DNA of 64,000 nucleotides from Tubulanus polymorphus (taxonomy: Eukaryota > Animalia > Nemertea). The translations under genes and the position numbers were made by a program. The DNA lies in assembly GCF_964204645.1 (NCBI RefSeq), contig NC_134033.1, positions 13,772,655 to 13,836,654 of the forward strand, given 5' to 3'. The notes under the pieces are model-generated. The model saw only the letters and a program-made list of their open reading frames with translations. It did not search any database and had not been told where the DNA came from. This document shows positions 35,382 to 62,400 of the stretch, piece by piece (within the stretch, counting starts at the first letter, position 1; every line of letters starts with the position of its first letter).

Positions 35382-36300
35382 ATGAATTTTATCCCCCCCC
35401 CTTATTTCTAACAGGCTCCTTTCTACTTCTTGATTCCTTAAGAAACTCCTACAAAACAGGATATGGTGCTTGAAACTCCTTTGATTTTAACAAGGCCTAG
35501 AACTCCTTTTAGACTGTTTCAATTTTGAGAAAGGCAATTAGTAATTTTTGTCTAGTCTTATAGTAAACTATCCCTCAATCGATACAGTTGGGACCTGAAT
35601 TTTTTACCCGATTAAGCAGTTACCAAATTAGAAACCAAGTTTAGAAATGTTAAGGGTAACAATTTGTAGGGATTCTGTTTTATTCCTCTCCCCTATTACC
35701 GGGTATTTCGAATCTAAATTCTGCATTCTGTTTTGTATAGTCAGTTGTCATCGCTTTAGTTTAATCCGTACATCTGCTCTGTTTAAATATTGCAGATGCA
35801 CTTCTCTTATGTTTATTCTACGATGTGTTGTGTTGATTTTGAAGATCGATGTTTAAAAATGTTCACATTACAAATCTATGTTGTACGAACCAACGCAGCC
35901 AGACGTGTCCGAAACAGTTCTTAGAGTACACAGAGGAACCTCGTTATAATAACGATTAATCAGTTATTACAAACTTAGAATTTTATACTATGTAGATAAA
36001 TGTTGATTCACCTGATGAAGCTATTATTTGTAATGAAAGCTTGTGCGTCGAGTAAACAAGTTAAAACCTATATAGTACTACTCTATATAGTATTACCTCT
36101 CACTAATAATGAACAAATGGTTTCCTGAGCCCTAGGGCCTATTTTATAGACTATCAATATCAACCTTAACAGGGAAATGTTGATAATTTCATGCTGGATA
36201 TAAAGAACTATCAGATATAACAAACATATTTTTCAGGTCCCCTGAAGTTCGTTGTAACGAGGTTCCGCTGTACAGTCCCCTCTCAGTTACTATGTACAAC

Positions 36301-36332
36301 CTTGGAGTGATCATTGAAATGATTACTCCAAG
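36301..36332. mobile_element. 32-bp palindromic micro-element with 7-bp TSD (GTACAAC)
   Basis: GTACAAC-CTTGGAGTGATCATTGAAATGATTACTCCAAG-GTACAAC. Confidence 0.75.
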
Positions 36333-36361
36333 GTACAACAAAGAATAGAACTGGGGCTGGT

Positions 36362-36430
36362 TAGTCTAGTACCTAGTCGTCGTTCCACAGTTGTTCGAGG
36401 GAACCGTAACCACGACTGGTATTCAGACTA
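36362..36430. mobile_element. 69-bp MITE with TAG..CTA termini and 9-bp TSD (GGGGCTGGT)
   Basis: GGGGCTGGT-TAGTCTAGTACC...GGTATTCAGACTA-GGGGCTGGT. Confidence 0.7.
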
Positions 36431-36889
36431 GGGGCTGGTTTGATAGTTTTCTAATTTCATGGATGTAAAAAATTGATATCAACATAAAACAGCGCAAACT
36501 ATGCAAAAATGGATAGAATATCCTTAATTTATTCTCGAGTTTTTTTCTCATAATTTGTGGATAATTGTGTGGTGAGTGATTGAATGTATCTATGATGAGG
36601 TCGGAATTTTTCTCAAAATTTGGTGTTTAAAGTGTATACTATTAATGATAGAACAATGTACGTGTAAATAATGAATAAATCTTCATATCACCCAATTTCA
36701 ATGAGTCAATATTAGATATCTTATCTAGGATCTGAATCACGAGTTCGTCCTGTTATAACTCATCGAGATGATAAGAGGAGGCTAGAATAGAGTAGGGTCA
36801 GATCTAGAGGAGAATATTTGAAGGACGTGTCACATTCCAGAAGGACACTGATATCCCCTTAGGCAATATTACTCAAAAAAGATTTATGG

Positions 36890-37036
36890 ACTTGTACAAG
36901 TTACCTCTCCCCAGGGTGAGATGACTGATACATGGAATAGAGTTATAGGCTGGGGGTAATAATACCAAGTTTGGAGCGCATTTGAACAAGACTAGTTAGG
37001 ATACCTGCGCTATATAAATGTCAATTATTATTATTA
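36890..37036 (+). mobile_element. SINE/L2-type 3' tail fragment
   Basis: Ends GCGCTATATAAATGTCAATTATTATTATTA, a typical L2/SINE 3' end. Confidence 0.45.
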
Positions 37037-38474
37037 CAAGTCCCCTTGGATTCGCCCCTGCAGAATATGGCGCTCTGCTAACGAGGAAGAAGAGTACAGT
37101 ATGCGGTGAACAAGCCATTTTAGTGATGGAAGCAGTATCTGCATACCACTTGGGCAAAGGGACAAGGGTTTTCATTTTTCTTGTCAATTGGGATCACAGG
37201 GAGATGTGCGCGGCCCTTGTCTGTCTCCTACACAGAATCATGATACCACCATGGGGGTTTACAGGGGGGTCCCTATCCTGTATAAACGTTGCCAGCCATC
37301 CTTACGACTAAGTATTACGTAACGTCCTGATTTGTGCGCCTGACTTTCACAAAAACTGCTGAAAAGTCCTACCTTTTGACTTTAAAAAAAAGTAAATGAG
37401 AGAAAAGTGGCAAATTCTAATGAATGTCATTTTATCATCGCAAGCTGAATTTACACGTTAATGTCGCTATAATTCATAGCAATAATTACAAGCTCTGTGT
37501 ATATATATATATACCTCACTAGATATAGAAATACATACGTGTATACAAATATACAGCTAAATCTTAGTTCAATTTGCCACCACATCGCGAATCGGGTTTC
37601 ACGGCAAAGCAAAATATGAGCCAGTTGAATCTACAAGATTTAGTTCATTGAATTTCAGCCCATAACTGTCTAACAGCTCCCGGCTGAGTTCATAGCGGTT
37701 GTTGAAAGTCCTTAAATGGGAATTTGTCAATTCAAGGCCTTGAATATATTGGAACGGGCTCTAAAATCCTTAAAATCATTGTCATGGGCCTTGGATGGCA
37801 TCGCCTCAACAGCTATGGTGCACACGATCAGTATTGTTAGATCTAGTAGCCTACACTAGTCTGATGAATGGACCAAATGTATATTGGAAATTTTATGAAC
37901 TATCAAAAAAGCCCTGAGAAGGGGGTCCTTGAAAGTCCTTAAATGAAATTGGTCATGGGAACTATGAACCTTGTCCTGTTCTATTGGAAATTATAGAAGG
38001 TGGCAAATAACTAGAATTCATATCATCAACAGGTAATAAAAGCACACGAATCATAGCACGCAAAATTTCAACTGGTTTGAAAATAAAATCTCCAGTACCG
38101 GTATGTATCATGTCTGAGCGTATTATATTTACTTTTATAACGAACTAATGCGTACGTAATAAATGAATGACCCCTTAGTAGTTAACGGCATATCACATTT
38201 TCTGCAACACTGAAAAGTTTTTAAGAAAAAAATCTTTAAATTCAAACTTTTGTACTAATCGAAAAACTATTTTCCGATTGAACTCTATATGAATTAAGCA
38301 TTAAATAAATATAAATTACAAATTGCTCATCAAATAAACTTCATTAACCACGCACAAACTGATTAGAAAAACGCGTTACTTCAATAACAAAATGCAGCTT
38401 ATTTTGACTCGATCTCAATCAGGAAACTATGAAGAAATTGTCATTGTTCAAATGATCTTTGTCTACGCAAGGTA

Positions 38475-39082
38475 TTCATCTCTGATACAGATTTGATACT
38501 TGGGTTGAATCATTCATCTCCGATACAGATTTGATACTTAGGTTGAATCATTCATCTCCGATACAGATTTGATACTTGGGTTGAATCATTCATATCTGAT
38601 ACAGATTTGATACTTGGGTTGAATCATTCATCTCCGATACAGATTTGATACTTGGGTTGAATCATTAATCTCCGATACAGATTTGATACTTGGGTTAAAT
38701 CATTCATCTCCGATACAGATTTGATACTTGGGTTGTATCATTCATATCTGATACAGATTTGATACTTGGGTTGAATCATTCATATCTGATACAGATTTGA
38801 TACTTGGGTTGAATCATTCATGTCTGATACAGATTTGATACTTGGGTTGAATCATTCATATTTGATACAGATTTGATACTTGGGTTGAATCATTCATATC
38901 TGATACAGATTTGATACTTGGGTTGAATCATTCATGCCTGATACAGATTTGATACTTGGGTTGAATCATTCATATCTGATACAGATTTGATACTTGGGTT
39001 GAATCATTCATCTCCGATACAGATTTGATACTTAGGTTGAATCATTCATGTCTGATACAGATTTGATACTTGGGTTGAATCA
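38475..39082. repeat. 38-bp minisatellite (~16 copies)
   Basis: Unit TTCATCTCCGATACAGATTTGATACTTGGGTTGAATCA, period 38. Confidence 0.92.
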
Positions 39083-40499
39083 ACTAATGACCTTACGACG
39101 CGTGTATCAATCAGCAACCTGGACCTAACCCCTCAGACATTCAAACCTTCGTTGCAATTTTCCGAGAAATCTCGCAATCACGACCTGGTACTCAATATTG
39201 CTCAATACGATTCATCTATAGTTTCCCCGACTAGTTTATTGAAACAGAAGGTGTCATTTCAAGATAGGCAATGGAAGACAGATTCAAATAGTTGAAAATC
39301 CGTAATAGCAAAAAAACACTACTAATCTCATATTCTAATCAGTAAGTACCTGGTATCGTAGCAAACGTTTACTGTAAATTATGTAACTCCCAAAAACGTT
39401 GGCAACAATAAATATATTTACTCATTAGAAAATGAGATTTGTACTGTTTTTGCGGTTACGGATTTTCATCATCATTTAGAAATATATTCTGCAGCATCGA
39501 TAACTTAAGTATAGATAGATGATTGTTTATCACAAGTTACTCTAGAAGGACTTGAATTCTTCGATCGGTTGTCGGAAGAAAATCAGCTGGTTTTATCTGA
39601 AGTGTAGACTGGTTCTTTGGATGATTACACGTATGACACACTGTTAACAGCGGTAACTAATCTCTCTTTCTCAATTTTTACACTGGCAATTAACAACAAT
39701 GGGCGTTGTCACCAGAGGGGGTCAGGGATGTGGACAACCCCCCTTTTGTAAATCCAAGTCCCGCATATTTTAGATCTGAATTTTGTTTTTTCACATACCA
39801 GCAATTTCATAAATATGTTGCCTTAAAAGTTGTTAGAATTTGGCGGATACAGTGCAAAGTGTGGCGAATAGTTCCGCTTGTATTAATTCTGACCCCCTGA
39901 TTTAGAAAATCCTAGTGACGTCCCCGACAACAGGAATGTTAAAATCATATACCCGAAAATACAAATATTCTTACAACTGCCTAATAAACATCAACGTTTC
40001 AAGCCTAAACAATCATTTATATCATAATTTAATATATAAGCAATATACAATATACGTTAACGATTAACAATTTCTAAAATAAGCCTACAAAACATTTACG
40101 CCGGAGATCTACTACGTACGTCCAAACCTGCCTACCCTACAACCGCCAACGCACCTACCACACAGTTTAAAGTGGTTTTCGCACGAAAAGCAAGTCAACT
40201 AACCGACGCCCAAAAGACCGAAGCTTAAATCAACTGGATTAGAATTTGATGTGTAGGTTTTCAACTGTCTTTATTCGTGTCCTTACTCGAAAAAAAATGA
40301 AGCAACTTATGTATAGGAGAATACACAATTATCAACAAACCACTTTTAACTCGAACCAGTAGGGGTAGGCAGGCTTTACGGTGCAAGCTATGGCCCCATG
40401 TACAGAAAAATCCACGTGGAAATATCTAAACATAAAAAGCGCGAAATTACACATATGTTGAAACCCCACATATAAATTTGTTAAGCCACAGCAGCAGCA

Positions 40500-40612
<113 letters not shown>

Positions 40613-41019
40613 GGAAAGACTATACCGTAATCACTTCGCTCAAACAACGAGAGCACACGCGATGAATCCCATCAAACCGTTTCAAAACATGGAACGACGC
40701 AAACGAATATTTCTAATTACGAAATTCAGTTTTTTTTTTTTCGTCCTATAAAAGCGATCTAATCTTTTCCGACGTTTATCATGGCGGGACTTGCGAGACT
40801 TGCACAAGTCCATCAACTTGTTTTGAGTGTACCTTTTCCATTTCGGAAAAAATTGGTGCACTTTTTTCAGTGCCTACACCTAATACAATATGCATCCGGA
40901 TCCGACCCTGCATTGCGCGGTTTGTTTGCGTCTTGCTTAAATTACTGATACGAGAATGAATTTGATCTAGGTTTCGATCGGATAAAATTTTGCGCATCGT
41001 TTTTAAAAGATCTCGTCGA

Positions 41020-53570
<12,551 letters not shown>

Positions 53571-54378
53571 TTTCGTTTCTATCTCAGCGTAGTGTACCGG
53601 GCTACTGCATCAAAATGAGTCAGGCGTCTTACACTCAGTGTTTCGATTGACTTTTTCTCAAAATGCGTTGCACTTTTCTCTCACCCAGGAAAGGGCCTGT
53701 AATACGAGAAGAACAGTTAACACAAACTTATTTGACAGAATGACGACTGATGTACTCTCAAGTCAAGTTGAAACAGACATTAGTTCGATATCTCCGCAGC
53801 GACTGAAAGAGAAACTAGGTCACTAGTAGTAGCAGTAATAAATACAACAACTGTCAACTACTGTCAATTTACGACTTGTTGAGACGAGTTGAGACTTGAG
53901 TTGCACGTACGCTTACGTTTCATTTGATTCTCTCGTATTTCAGCTCCGAGTAGTAGCAGCGCTTGTCACTGTAACGTGCCACCGCCGCCGCTGCTGTTGT
54001 TACTGCTCTTGAAATCCAGACACTTCTTCCTATAACTGAACTAAGTAAAACAGCTGTTGTAGCGTCAAATATCCGTAAATATTCCCATTCTTCCAAACCC
54101 GGAAATAAACAGCCCGTGTTGAATACGTCATCAATATCGGTGTACTCCAATTCAATTCAAATTTAGCCTCGCATGCCATAGCTGGATTAAATTCAATTTA
54201 TTTATTTATATTATACTAAGCGTGACGAAGGGGTCAGGGGTGGCTACAACAGAAGCCTGGCCTATCTTAGCAATAATTTGATTAAAAAAATCTGAACAGC
54301 GAGCGGTTGAACGTTAATTTTTCCGGGGCTATGGAAATCTTCGAAAAAAAATCGTTGCATCGGCCGGAAAAAAATCGT

Positions 54379-54449
54379 TGCATCGGCCGGGAATCGAACC
54401 CGGGCCCCCCGCGTGGCAGGCGAGAATTCTACCACTGAACCACCGATGC
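54379..54449 (-). tRNA. tRNA-Gly (GCC)
   Basis: GCATCGGTGGTTCAGTGGTAGAATTCTCGCCTGCCACGCGGGGGGCCCGGGTTCGATTCCCGGCCGATGCA; full cloverleaf, followed by an oligo-T Pol III terminator. Confidence 0.97.
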
Positions 54450-57400
54450 TTCTGGCATTGATTGGATTTCTCTCATATTTGAATAATAAAGTAAGCGTTG
54501 CAACCCGGAAGTTATTTTGACACCCGGAAGCTTTTGATTTGTAGCTTCAAAACACTGAATACTGATAATACACCAGGATAGATACAGTGGGAATATACTG
54601 AACAGATAACTGCTCACTGTGAACGTAAGTTACAATCGTTTCTTATTCTGTGGTTCACTTTTGATATTTTTGTGCAGTAATCATCAGGTGACAGTTGAGT
54701 GCTGCTCTTCTACTCAGAAAGGGGTCAACAACAAGGATCAACTGCCCGGCCTGCCTTGCCCTAGTCGAGAAATATTGCCTTTTTTATCTGAAATTAGGGA
54801 TTGACCCTGTTATTTATTTGATTGGTAGATTTCGTTTGATTTTCTGTTTTGGTGTCCCTTACAAACCCACCACACCTGCCGGGAGCGAAACAGGGGGTTT
54901 GAGTTGGAAATCGGAAATCGAAGTACAGTACAGATATAGTTGAGTGATCGACAGTCGTCAAGATTACAAATGTTGCCTCGTTGGCATAGGCCTAGGCCTG
55001 GGTCTAGATTATAGGCAGTTCTACAAAAAATGGCCAAAAAGATTTAGGCCTAGGCCTAGCCCTAGGCCCTATTTGTGTTTGAAAATTGCAAGTGAGAATG
55101 ATATTTCAATTGTAGCGAATTTCGATATTGTGGTGTTTTTGGAAATTACAAGTCAATGGTTTTTGATAGGACTATTGTGGCATGTAATTTTGTGATGAGT
55201 ATGAGAGATGGTGGTAAATGCGTGTTGACCTGTTGGTCGATTGACGTGGTGCCACAGTTTGTTCCGCGATGTTCCTTACACCCCATATCTTCACCAAGAC
55301 CCTTCGTGTCTGATCTACTGCAAACACTAATGAACGACTTTGTTTCTTAATACTTTTAAGGAAGTGCCGATATGTTGCTAATGTCTAATTATAAGACAAT
55401 CGCCTTTTTTAGTAAACTCAGTTTTTATGGTAAGGAACGATTATTTGGTGACTTTGCAGAGAACAATATTGTCTGAAGGCAGTCCATTTATGGAGAATGG
55501 ATCGAAATCATGGTTTTTTTCTAATTTTCTGACGTAGAATATTGAATTTCTGTGACCATTTTACATTCAAACCCATTTAAACTTGCATTTTTTTGTATCT
55601 GTAATATTTCATCTGGTTAAAAAGTAACTGCAGGGGAAGTGTCTCAGGCCTTATACCTGAAATTAGATTCTGACAGTCCACAGCAGACATAGATAGGCTT
55701 TGTACCTGACAGAACCCCTCCCTCTTACCCTCCCCCAATGTTCCAGAAAGAAAATGATTCCGAAGCAATCTTAAGCCATAGTGTTAGTGGGTCATGTTGG
55801 ATCAGTACTCAACAAAACAACCACAGTGTCTAAGAATTAGAAGGGCTGTCAAAGATAGTCTGAACACCAGATGATGTATGAACCTACAGGGTTCCGTTGT
55901 TCGGGAACAACAGATAAATACTGACTAGAAAGATTGTTGAAAATGGATGTTTGTGTACACGATACTCATATACCAAAGGCTTGGAAGAGCTTGACGTAAG
56001 GAAGGTAGCCTACTACAACGTAGATTTGCAATTCGATATAATCAGTCCACTCATTCGGTTAACTGCCTTCAACCACTGAATTAGTCTTGTCTAATTCGGT
56101 TAATCGATGAAGAAAAATGTAGCCGTCTTTTGACATTTACAAACGAGCGCAACAGGGTCCCGCAATAATCAGCTGGTCTCGGAGGCTAATTTACTCGACT
56201 ACACCTAGCTGCTCGGAGCATCGAGGTATGTTTGGGAAATAGTGAGCTCTGAAATATCAATAAATTCTCTATTACTCTACCTTATACTGTCGAGAAGCTG
56301 TGTGTGCGGAGAGACTGGAGGTAGAGCGGTTCAACGACAACAACGACATTCATCACCGCAGACAGCCGAGGTATGATTCTCTCTTCTGATATTCACTGAT
56401 AGAAATATTCTTCTGAAAACTGCTTGATAGAACAAGATCTTCAGGGGCCAGTTTTACGATTTGGCTTGGATTTAAGACCGTCTGGGGGCAGTTCTATAGT
56501 TTAGACTTAAAACCAAAAGTCGTCTTTAATCTTAAGACTGGTTTTAAGTTGTTAGATTGGCTTTAGAACTAGGATAGTCTTAGACTAGTCTTAAATCTAA
56601 GCTATGACTATGGAACTGGCCCCTAGCTAATCGTATGACTGAAGACCAGTCTTAAGTTATAAAGACCATTTTTGGATTCGGACCCTATGCGACTGAGGCC
56701 TGGTTCTTGTAGGGCTGTATTTAAGAATGCAAACTAAAAATTTATTTGGCTGAGGAGCCACAAATCAGTGTTCAGTGTAGCATCTATTGGTATTTCAGAA
56801 TTTCTTCTCTGCATCATGCATTCGCCAAGAATCTAAAGGGTCAAGTTCAATTTTGAGCTAGAATCCTCTTGAATGTACCTATAATCGAGGTTAGGCATAA
56901 TTATGTCCTTGATATCGATATGATAACTGATTGAGTTCAGGCCTGTAATCAAAGTAAGGACCTAGTTTTACTCACTGAGTTTTGTTCGTCGCAGGAAATG
57001 TCGCAATCCAAATATTTGAAATAAAGATTTCCTCGAAGCCCTCTTACTGAAACCAGTGAAATTCGAACCCTTTGGCAGTGTTCTCCATATGCTGGGATTT
57101 TAAATGGGCCGCATTCATTGTGAAGTGTTTTGTACCACATCGAGACTGCTGAAGAAGCAAGGCTTTCGATCACGCAAAAAATACTTAAGCTTAATTTTGG
57201 TGGAATCTTCTATTTTTCACATAAGCTCAAATGTATTTCCGAGCAAATATCAGCATTGATAACAATATTGACATCCGTTCTGGTAGGGGCAGCAGATATT
57301 TTATAAGGAGTGGCGGATTTTCAGAGGGAGGGATGGATGTAAAGATGAAAGAGGTGGCCGCCCTCCTGAAACCTGTTGCTGAGAACACTGCCTGGGAATT

Positions 57401-57881
57401 CTCTTGCTACCACAGACCGTGTTCTTAAACATATATGAATATCGGGATTCAGTTAGTGAAGATATCGTATCGTCGAGTATCGATGTCTGTCGCGTTCCGC
57501 GTCACGACATTTCGTCGATATTAAATTTCCAGTCGTCGGAAAGTATTGATTTATGTTTTGAGACGATCGCGGCTAATTTGACACTGACTACGATTTTCAT
57601 TAAAATTCACGGTCACGTATAGAGTTCGTGTTGACACGAGGACCCCTGTTCGACAGTATCGCATTCATTCTCTATCTGTAGCCTTTAATGACAGTCTTTG
57701 TTCGCGGCTCTAGCGCATCTGTGACAATATCCAGGGATAGGAGGAATGCCACCCTCGGATTTCTGCTTTTGTTTCTTTTAGTTTCTTAGAAGAAAAAATC
57801 AAGCTTTACTGTGTAGGTTTTTTTGCTGAATGAGGCGAACATGAGGCTATGCAGAAAGTAGTGTTAACTCCAGCCATCGCT

Positions 57882-58572
57882 TGGGGTAACCCGTTAGATC
57901 AGCTGGTATTCACACTGTTCTAGGGGTAACCCGTTAGATCAGCTGGTATTCACACTGTTCTAGGGGTAACCCGTAAGATCAGCTGGTATTCACACTGTTC
58001 TTGGGGTAACCTGTAAGATCAGCTGGTATTCACACTGTTCTAGGGGTAACCCGTTAGATCAGCTGATATTCACACTGTTCTAGGGGTAACCCGTAAGATC
58101 AGCTGATATTCACACTGTTCTAGGGGTAACCCGTAAGATCAGCTGATATTCACACTGTTCTAGGGGTAACCCGTTAGATCAGCTGGTATTCACACTGTTC
58201 TAGGGGTAACCCGTAAGATCAGCTGATATTCACACTGTTCTAGGGGTAACCCGTAAGATCAGCTGGTATTCACACTGTTCTAGGGGTAACCCGTAAGATC
58301 AGCTGATATTCACACTGTTCTAGGGGTAACCCGTAAGATCAGCTGGTATTCACACTGTTCTAGGGGTAACCAGTAAGATCAGCTGGTATTCACACTGTTC
58401 TAGGGGTAACCCGTAAGATCAGCTGGTATTCACACTGTACTAGGGGTAACCCGTAAGATCAGCTGATATTCACACTGTTCTAGGGGTAACCCGTAAGATC
58501 AGCTGGTATTCACACTGTTCTAGGGGTAACCCGTAATATCAGCTGGTATTCACACTGTTCTAGGAATAACCC
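57882..58572. repeat. 40-bp minisatellite (~17 copies)
   Basis: Unit GGGGTAACCCGTAAGATCAGCTGGTATTCACACTGTTCTA. Confidence 0.93.
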
Positions 58573-59477
58573 AAAGCCGGTATTCAGATTACAGCTTTCA
58601 GATAGTTGTCGAGTTGGTCATTAATTTCTACTCTATAAACTATGATTAATGAAAGCGAACTTGATTATTACGAAATATCCATAATGAACGACTCTCCTCG
58701 CTCTCTCCACTCTCTCCTCGCTTTCCCTGCTCTCGGGTCTAATCTGCAGCTGACTTGATTTGTGATGTATTTTTGATTGCTCAATCCCAACATCAAATTC
58801 ACAGCACTTCGTTATACGCTGTATAAAATGGCGTGGTTTTGATCATGAATTTGAATACATATCAGGTCCCAGTTTTCCACGGTTCCGGTTCATTTAGAAT
58901 TTCACTCAATTCAACTAATTGAAAGTGAATGAATTTCTAAAAACTGTGCAACCAACCGTGCTGTGAGGATAATGCTTCAAATCCCACACTTAATCCTTTC
59001 AGTGCTGATTAACTAGGTAATAGGTACCCGCATGGCTGGGAATAAAAGCGCGGCGTATCGTTAGTTACAAATATTTCACTGCTGCCATCTTAAAAACTCA
59101 TCACTTACAACATTAATACACCGCGATGCGGTGAACTTGCGAAGTACGTCATCGATTTTTTCATCGCTCTGTGATGTAGACACCATGAAAGGGTTAATGA
59201 AGAATAGAGTCGATAGTTAAAAGTCAGGGATAAAGCGAGTCAAATAAAAGCGTCAATCCTGATAATGATTAAGATCACGTAGATTGCGGAGTACTAAATG
59301 AACCGTCCCTGAATCGATAACGTTTTTTATGATGTCTCCTATATACGTATAGAAACACTTAGGCCTATGTTTTACTGATATCTGAACTGTTTAATTTCGA
59401 ACATTTTCACTTGTCCGTATATTTTCAGATCCGTTCACGCTCGAAAAATTGGCGCATTTCCGTAGCGACGACCAACA

Positions 59478-62400
59478 ATGAACGGCGAAATGTTGTTACA
59501 TCATCGCGACCTGTTCACGGAACACGTCGACCACAATTTCATTCCGACTCCGGCTCCGACGTCGTCGGCTGCGTCGCTCGCCACCGACACGGAGCTGAAC
59601 GCGATGCTCGCGGCGGGCGATCATAAAAAGTTGAAGTTGTTCCTGCGCGATCAGGCGTGGCCCGTTAATCACGATATTCGTAAAGTTCTCTGGTCGACGT
59701 TGTGTAAACATTGCTATAAAGATTCCGGCAGTATTTATCAAGAGATGTTGGACTCGTTGTTCGGACACGGTAAGTTTTATCTCCTCGTGGTTCATAGTTT
59801 GTAACAGGGTCCTGGCTAAACAAAATTTTACCTTGTTTCTCCTAATTGGCCGGGTCGTTTTGTAAATTGCGATGAAATTTGTGATTGTAAATTTGTAAAA
59901 GCACCGAATAACTGGTTTACCGAGATAAAGATTGTGATGTAGACGCCCTGAGAGGGTTAATGAAAAATAGGGTTGATAGTTAATCACACCGTTTTGACTA
60001 TATCCTGATAGATAGTCAACTTCGTGGTTCATAGTTTTTAACAGGGTCCTGATTTAGCAGGAGTCTGCTATAATTGTGATATCAAAGTGATGCAGGTGCT
60101 TCCTTGAAATTTTAGATTTCTTCCTTGAAAACTCCTTATATCCTGGAATGACTGATCTGTAGGGACCCTGTAGTTTCTCAAAGAAACTACAGAAACAAAG
60201 ACTTTGCATCACTCTGGAAAAACCTACTCGGAAGTTAGGCCTATTTTGTACATGTATCGATGTATGGATCTTATTTCGTTGTAGGTCACGACGACAGCCA
60301 CCAGGTGTCGCTACCGTCATTCGTCGACCCGTCGTTCATGTGTCACTATCACTTGAACAACCGAGGCGTTCACGTCGTCAAGAAAATCATCTGCATCATC
60401 GGTCAAACGAATCCCGATATCACGTTCAGTCCGTCGTTGTTCGCCACGGCCAGTTTATTCCTGCACTATATGTCGGACGAGGACTGCTTCAACTGCGTAT
60501 ACGGACTCGTGCGCAATACCAAAGGCGATTTCCTGACGCAGACGAAATTATCGTACGAAGCGTCCGCGTTAGTCTTACGTGATTTAGCTAAAAAATACGC
60601 CGTAAGTTTTCACTAAAAATCGACGGGAAACGTTGGACTCGTTGAGATGAATTTTGATGATCTGATATTTTATGGAAATTTCGATAATTTCAGCGTTCCA
60701 CATATTCTTATATTTGTAAACAAACGAATGAATCGGATCAACCTCCGTGGACTCACTGGATGTGGTGGATTCTCAGAGACTTACCATTCGCTTATCTGGT
60801 AAGTTACACTTATCTTATTGTCATTGATGCCCAGTTCCGCAGTTATGTTAACTTGCCTCTCAATCCAGTTCCACTGTTGTGCCAGTTTGAATGGACTCTG
60901 GATCCAGTTCCACTTGCGTTTAATTATTTGTCTAGTTCCACAGTTGTGTGGGTTTAATATGAATCCAGTAGTTCCACAGTTGGGTGGATTTGAATATGAA
61001 GCAAAAACCTAAAATCACAATTAAAACTGCTACTGTCTGCATCGACGGTCGGGAATGGCGTGTTGTTACCCTGGCGAGTGAGTATAGTTGTTATCTATGT
61101 TGTATTTCTAGGTTCGTATTATGGATTGTTACCTGTTCGAAGGAATGAAAGTATTTTATCGGATCGCGTTGGCCATTCTTATATTATACAACAAACATGT
61201 GGGTAAGTTCGCACCAGGAGAACGGCTCCGGTTTGCTGACACCCGGAGCAGTCCCTGAAAGTAATATCCCCAATCCTGGCAATCCTGTGTCCCTGGTTGG
61301 TCGGAACCCGTTGATAAGTTTACGACATAATTGTCACGGAGTTAGGCCCCTGGGCACTCGTTTTGTAGACTGGTATTAATTTCAACCTGGGGACGAAACT
61401 CCATAATTCATTTTCAATCGAGTTAAAGCCCCGGTTTAGGATGATACCACTATATAAAACCAGCCCCCTGGTTTTGAGCTGCTTAGAATTTAAAAACGAA
61501 GTATTTGCCGGTTTATGTAAATTTTCTGGATGAAATTTCACGCATGGTTCATGAGTGATCAATAAAACTAGTTTAAAAGTGCACATATTTTTAGGCAAAC
61601 GACATATAACTGAACATCCTCTCACTCGTCATTATTTTAGAATTTTTCAAGCACTATGTATGTATGCTTTTAGGCTATTAGCTTGCATGACGCACGCATT
61701 ATATCTATATATACCCGGTACTAATATTTTTTTTCATTTTTACTGTAAAACACCATTTGAATAGGTTTTAAAACATCTTTGCTTCAAATCTACGTAACTT
61801 TCTCTTTTTTCACGTTTAAGAAAAGTTTCTTTCAAACGGGGTATCGGTACTGCTACCGTGGCAAGTGAGGATTGGCAAGGTTCACTAGTAGTTACTCGGT
61901 CTTTCACGCTTCAATTCCGTCAACGTTTCTTATTTGAAATTGGATGAACTTTTTCTCTTTTGGGAATCAATCGTCGATGAAAACTATACTAAATACGGAC
62001 AGGAATAGTCGGGGGAAAAGCAAGTAAAAAAGTGACCACCCTGAAAGTGCTTACTTTTGCGTCGGCCTTCCTGCTATGAACACTGATATTGAACTAATCT
62101 GAACTACTACTTAAAACGGACTGTTAGTCATGCCATCTGGTGGTGTACCAGTACCCTATCTCTCTCGTTGCCCGTAGGTGTTGGTTAACGGTCTCACGGT
62201 CCGCGTAGGTTTCACTATTTTCATTAACGCTCTCACAAAGCTTGCACGCTCGGACATTTTTTTAGGTAAACATCGTCGTCGGAGGCGTGTTTTATCACCT
62301 CTGATATCGTGCGTTGCATTTCCAGTGAAACAGTCTCCGCAGCGTAAACCGACCCTCGGCATTAGCTCGTCGATCAGCCAGTTCTGCGAAGAGATTCCTG

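Noticed and set aside
59496-60032. 178-aa minus-strand ORF
   Set aside because: Antisense to TBC1D24 coding exon 1 and a MITE fragment; no independent support.
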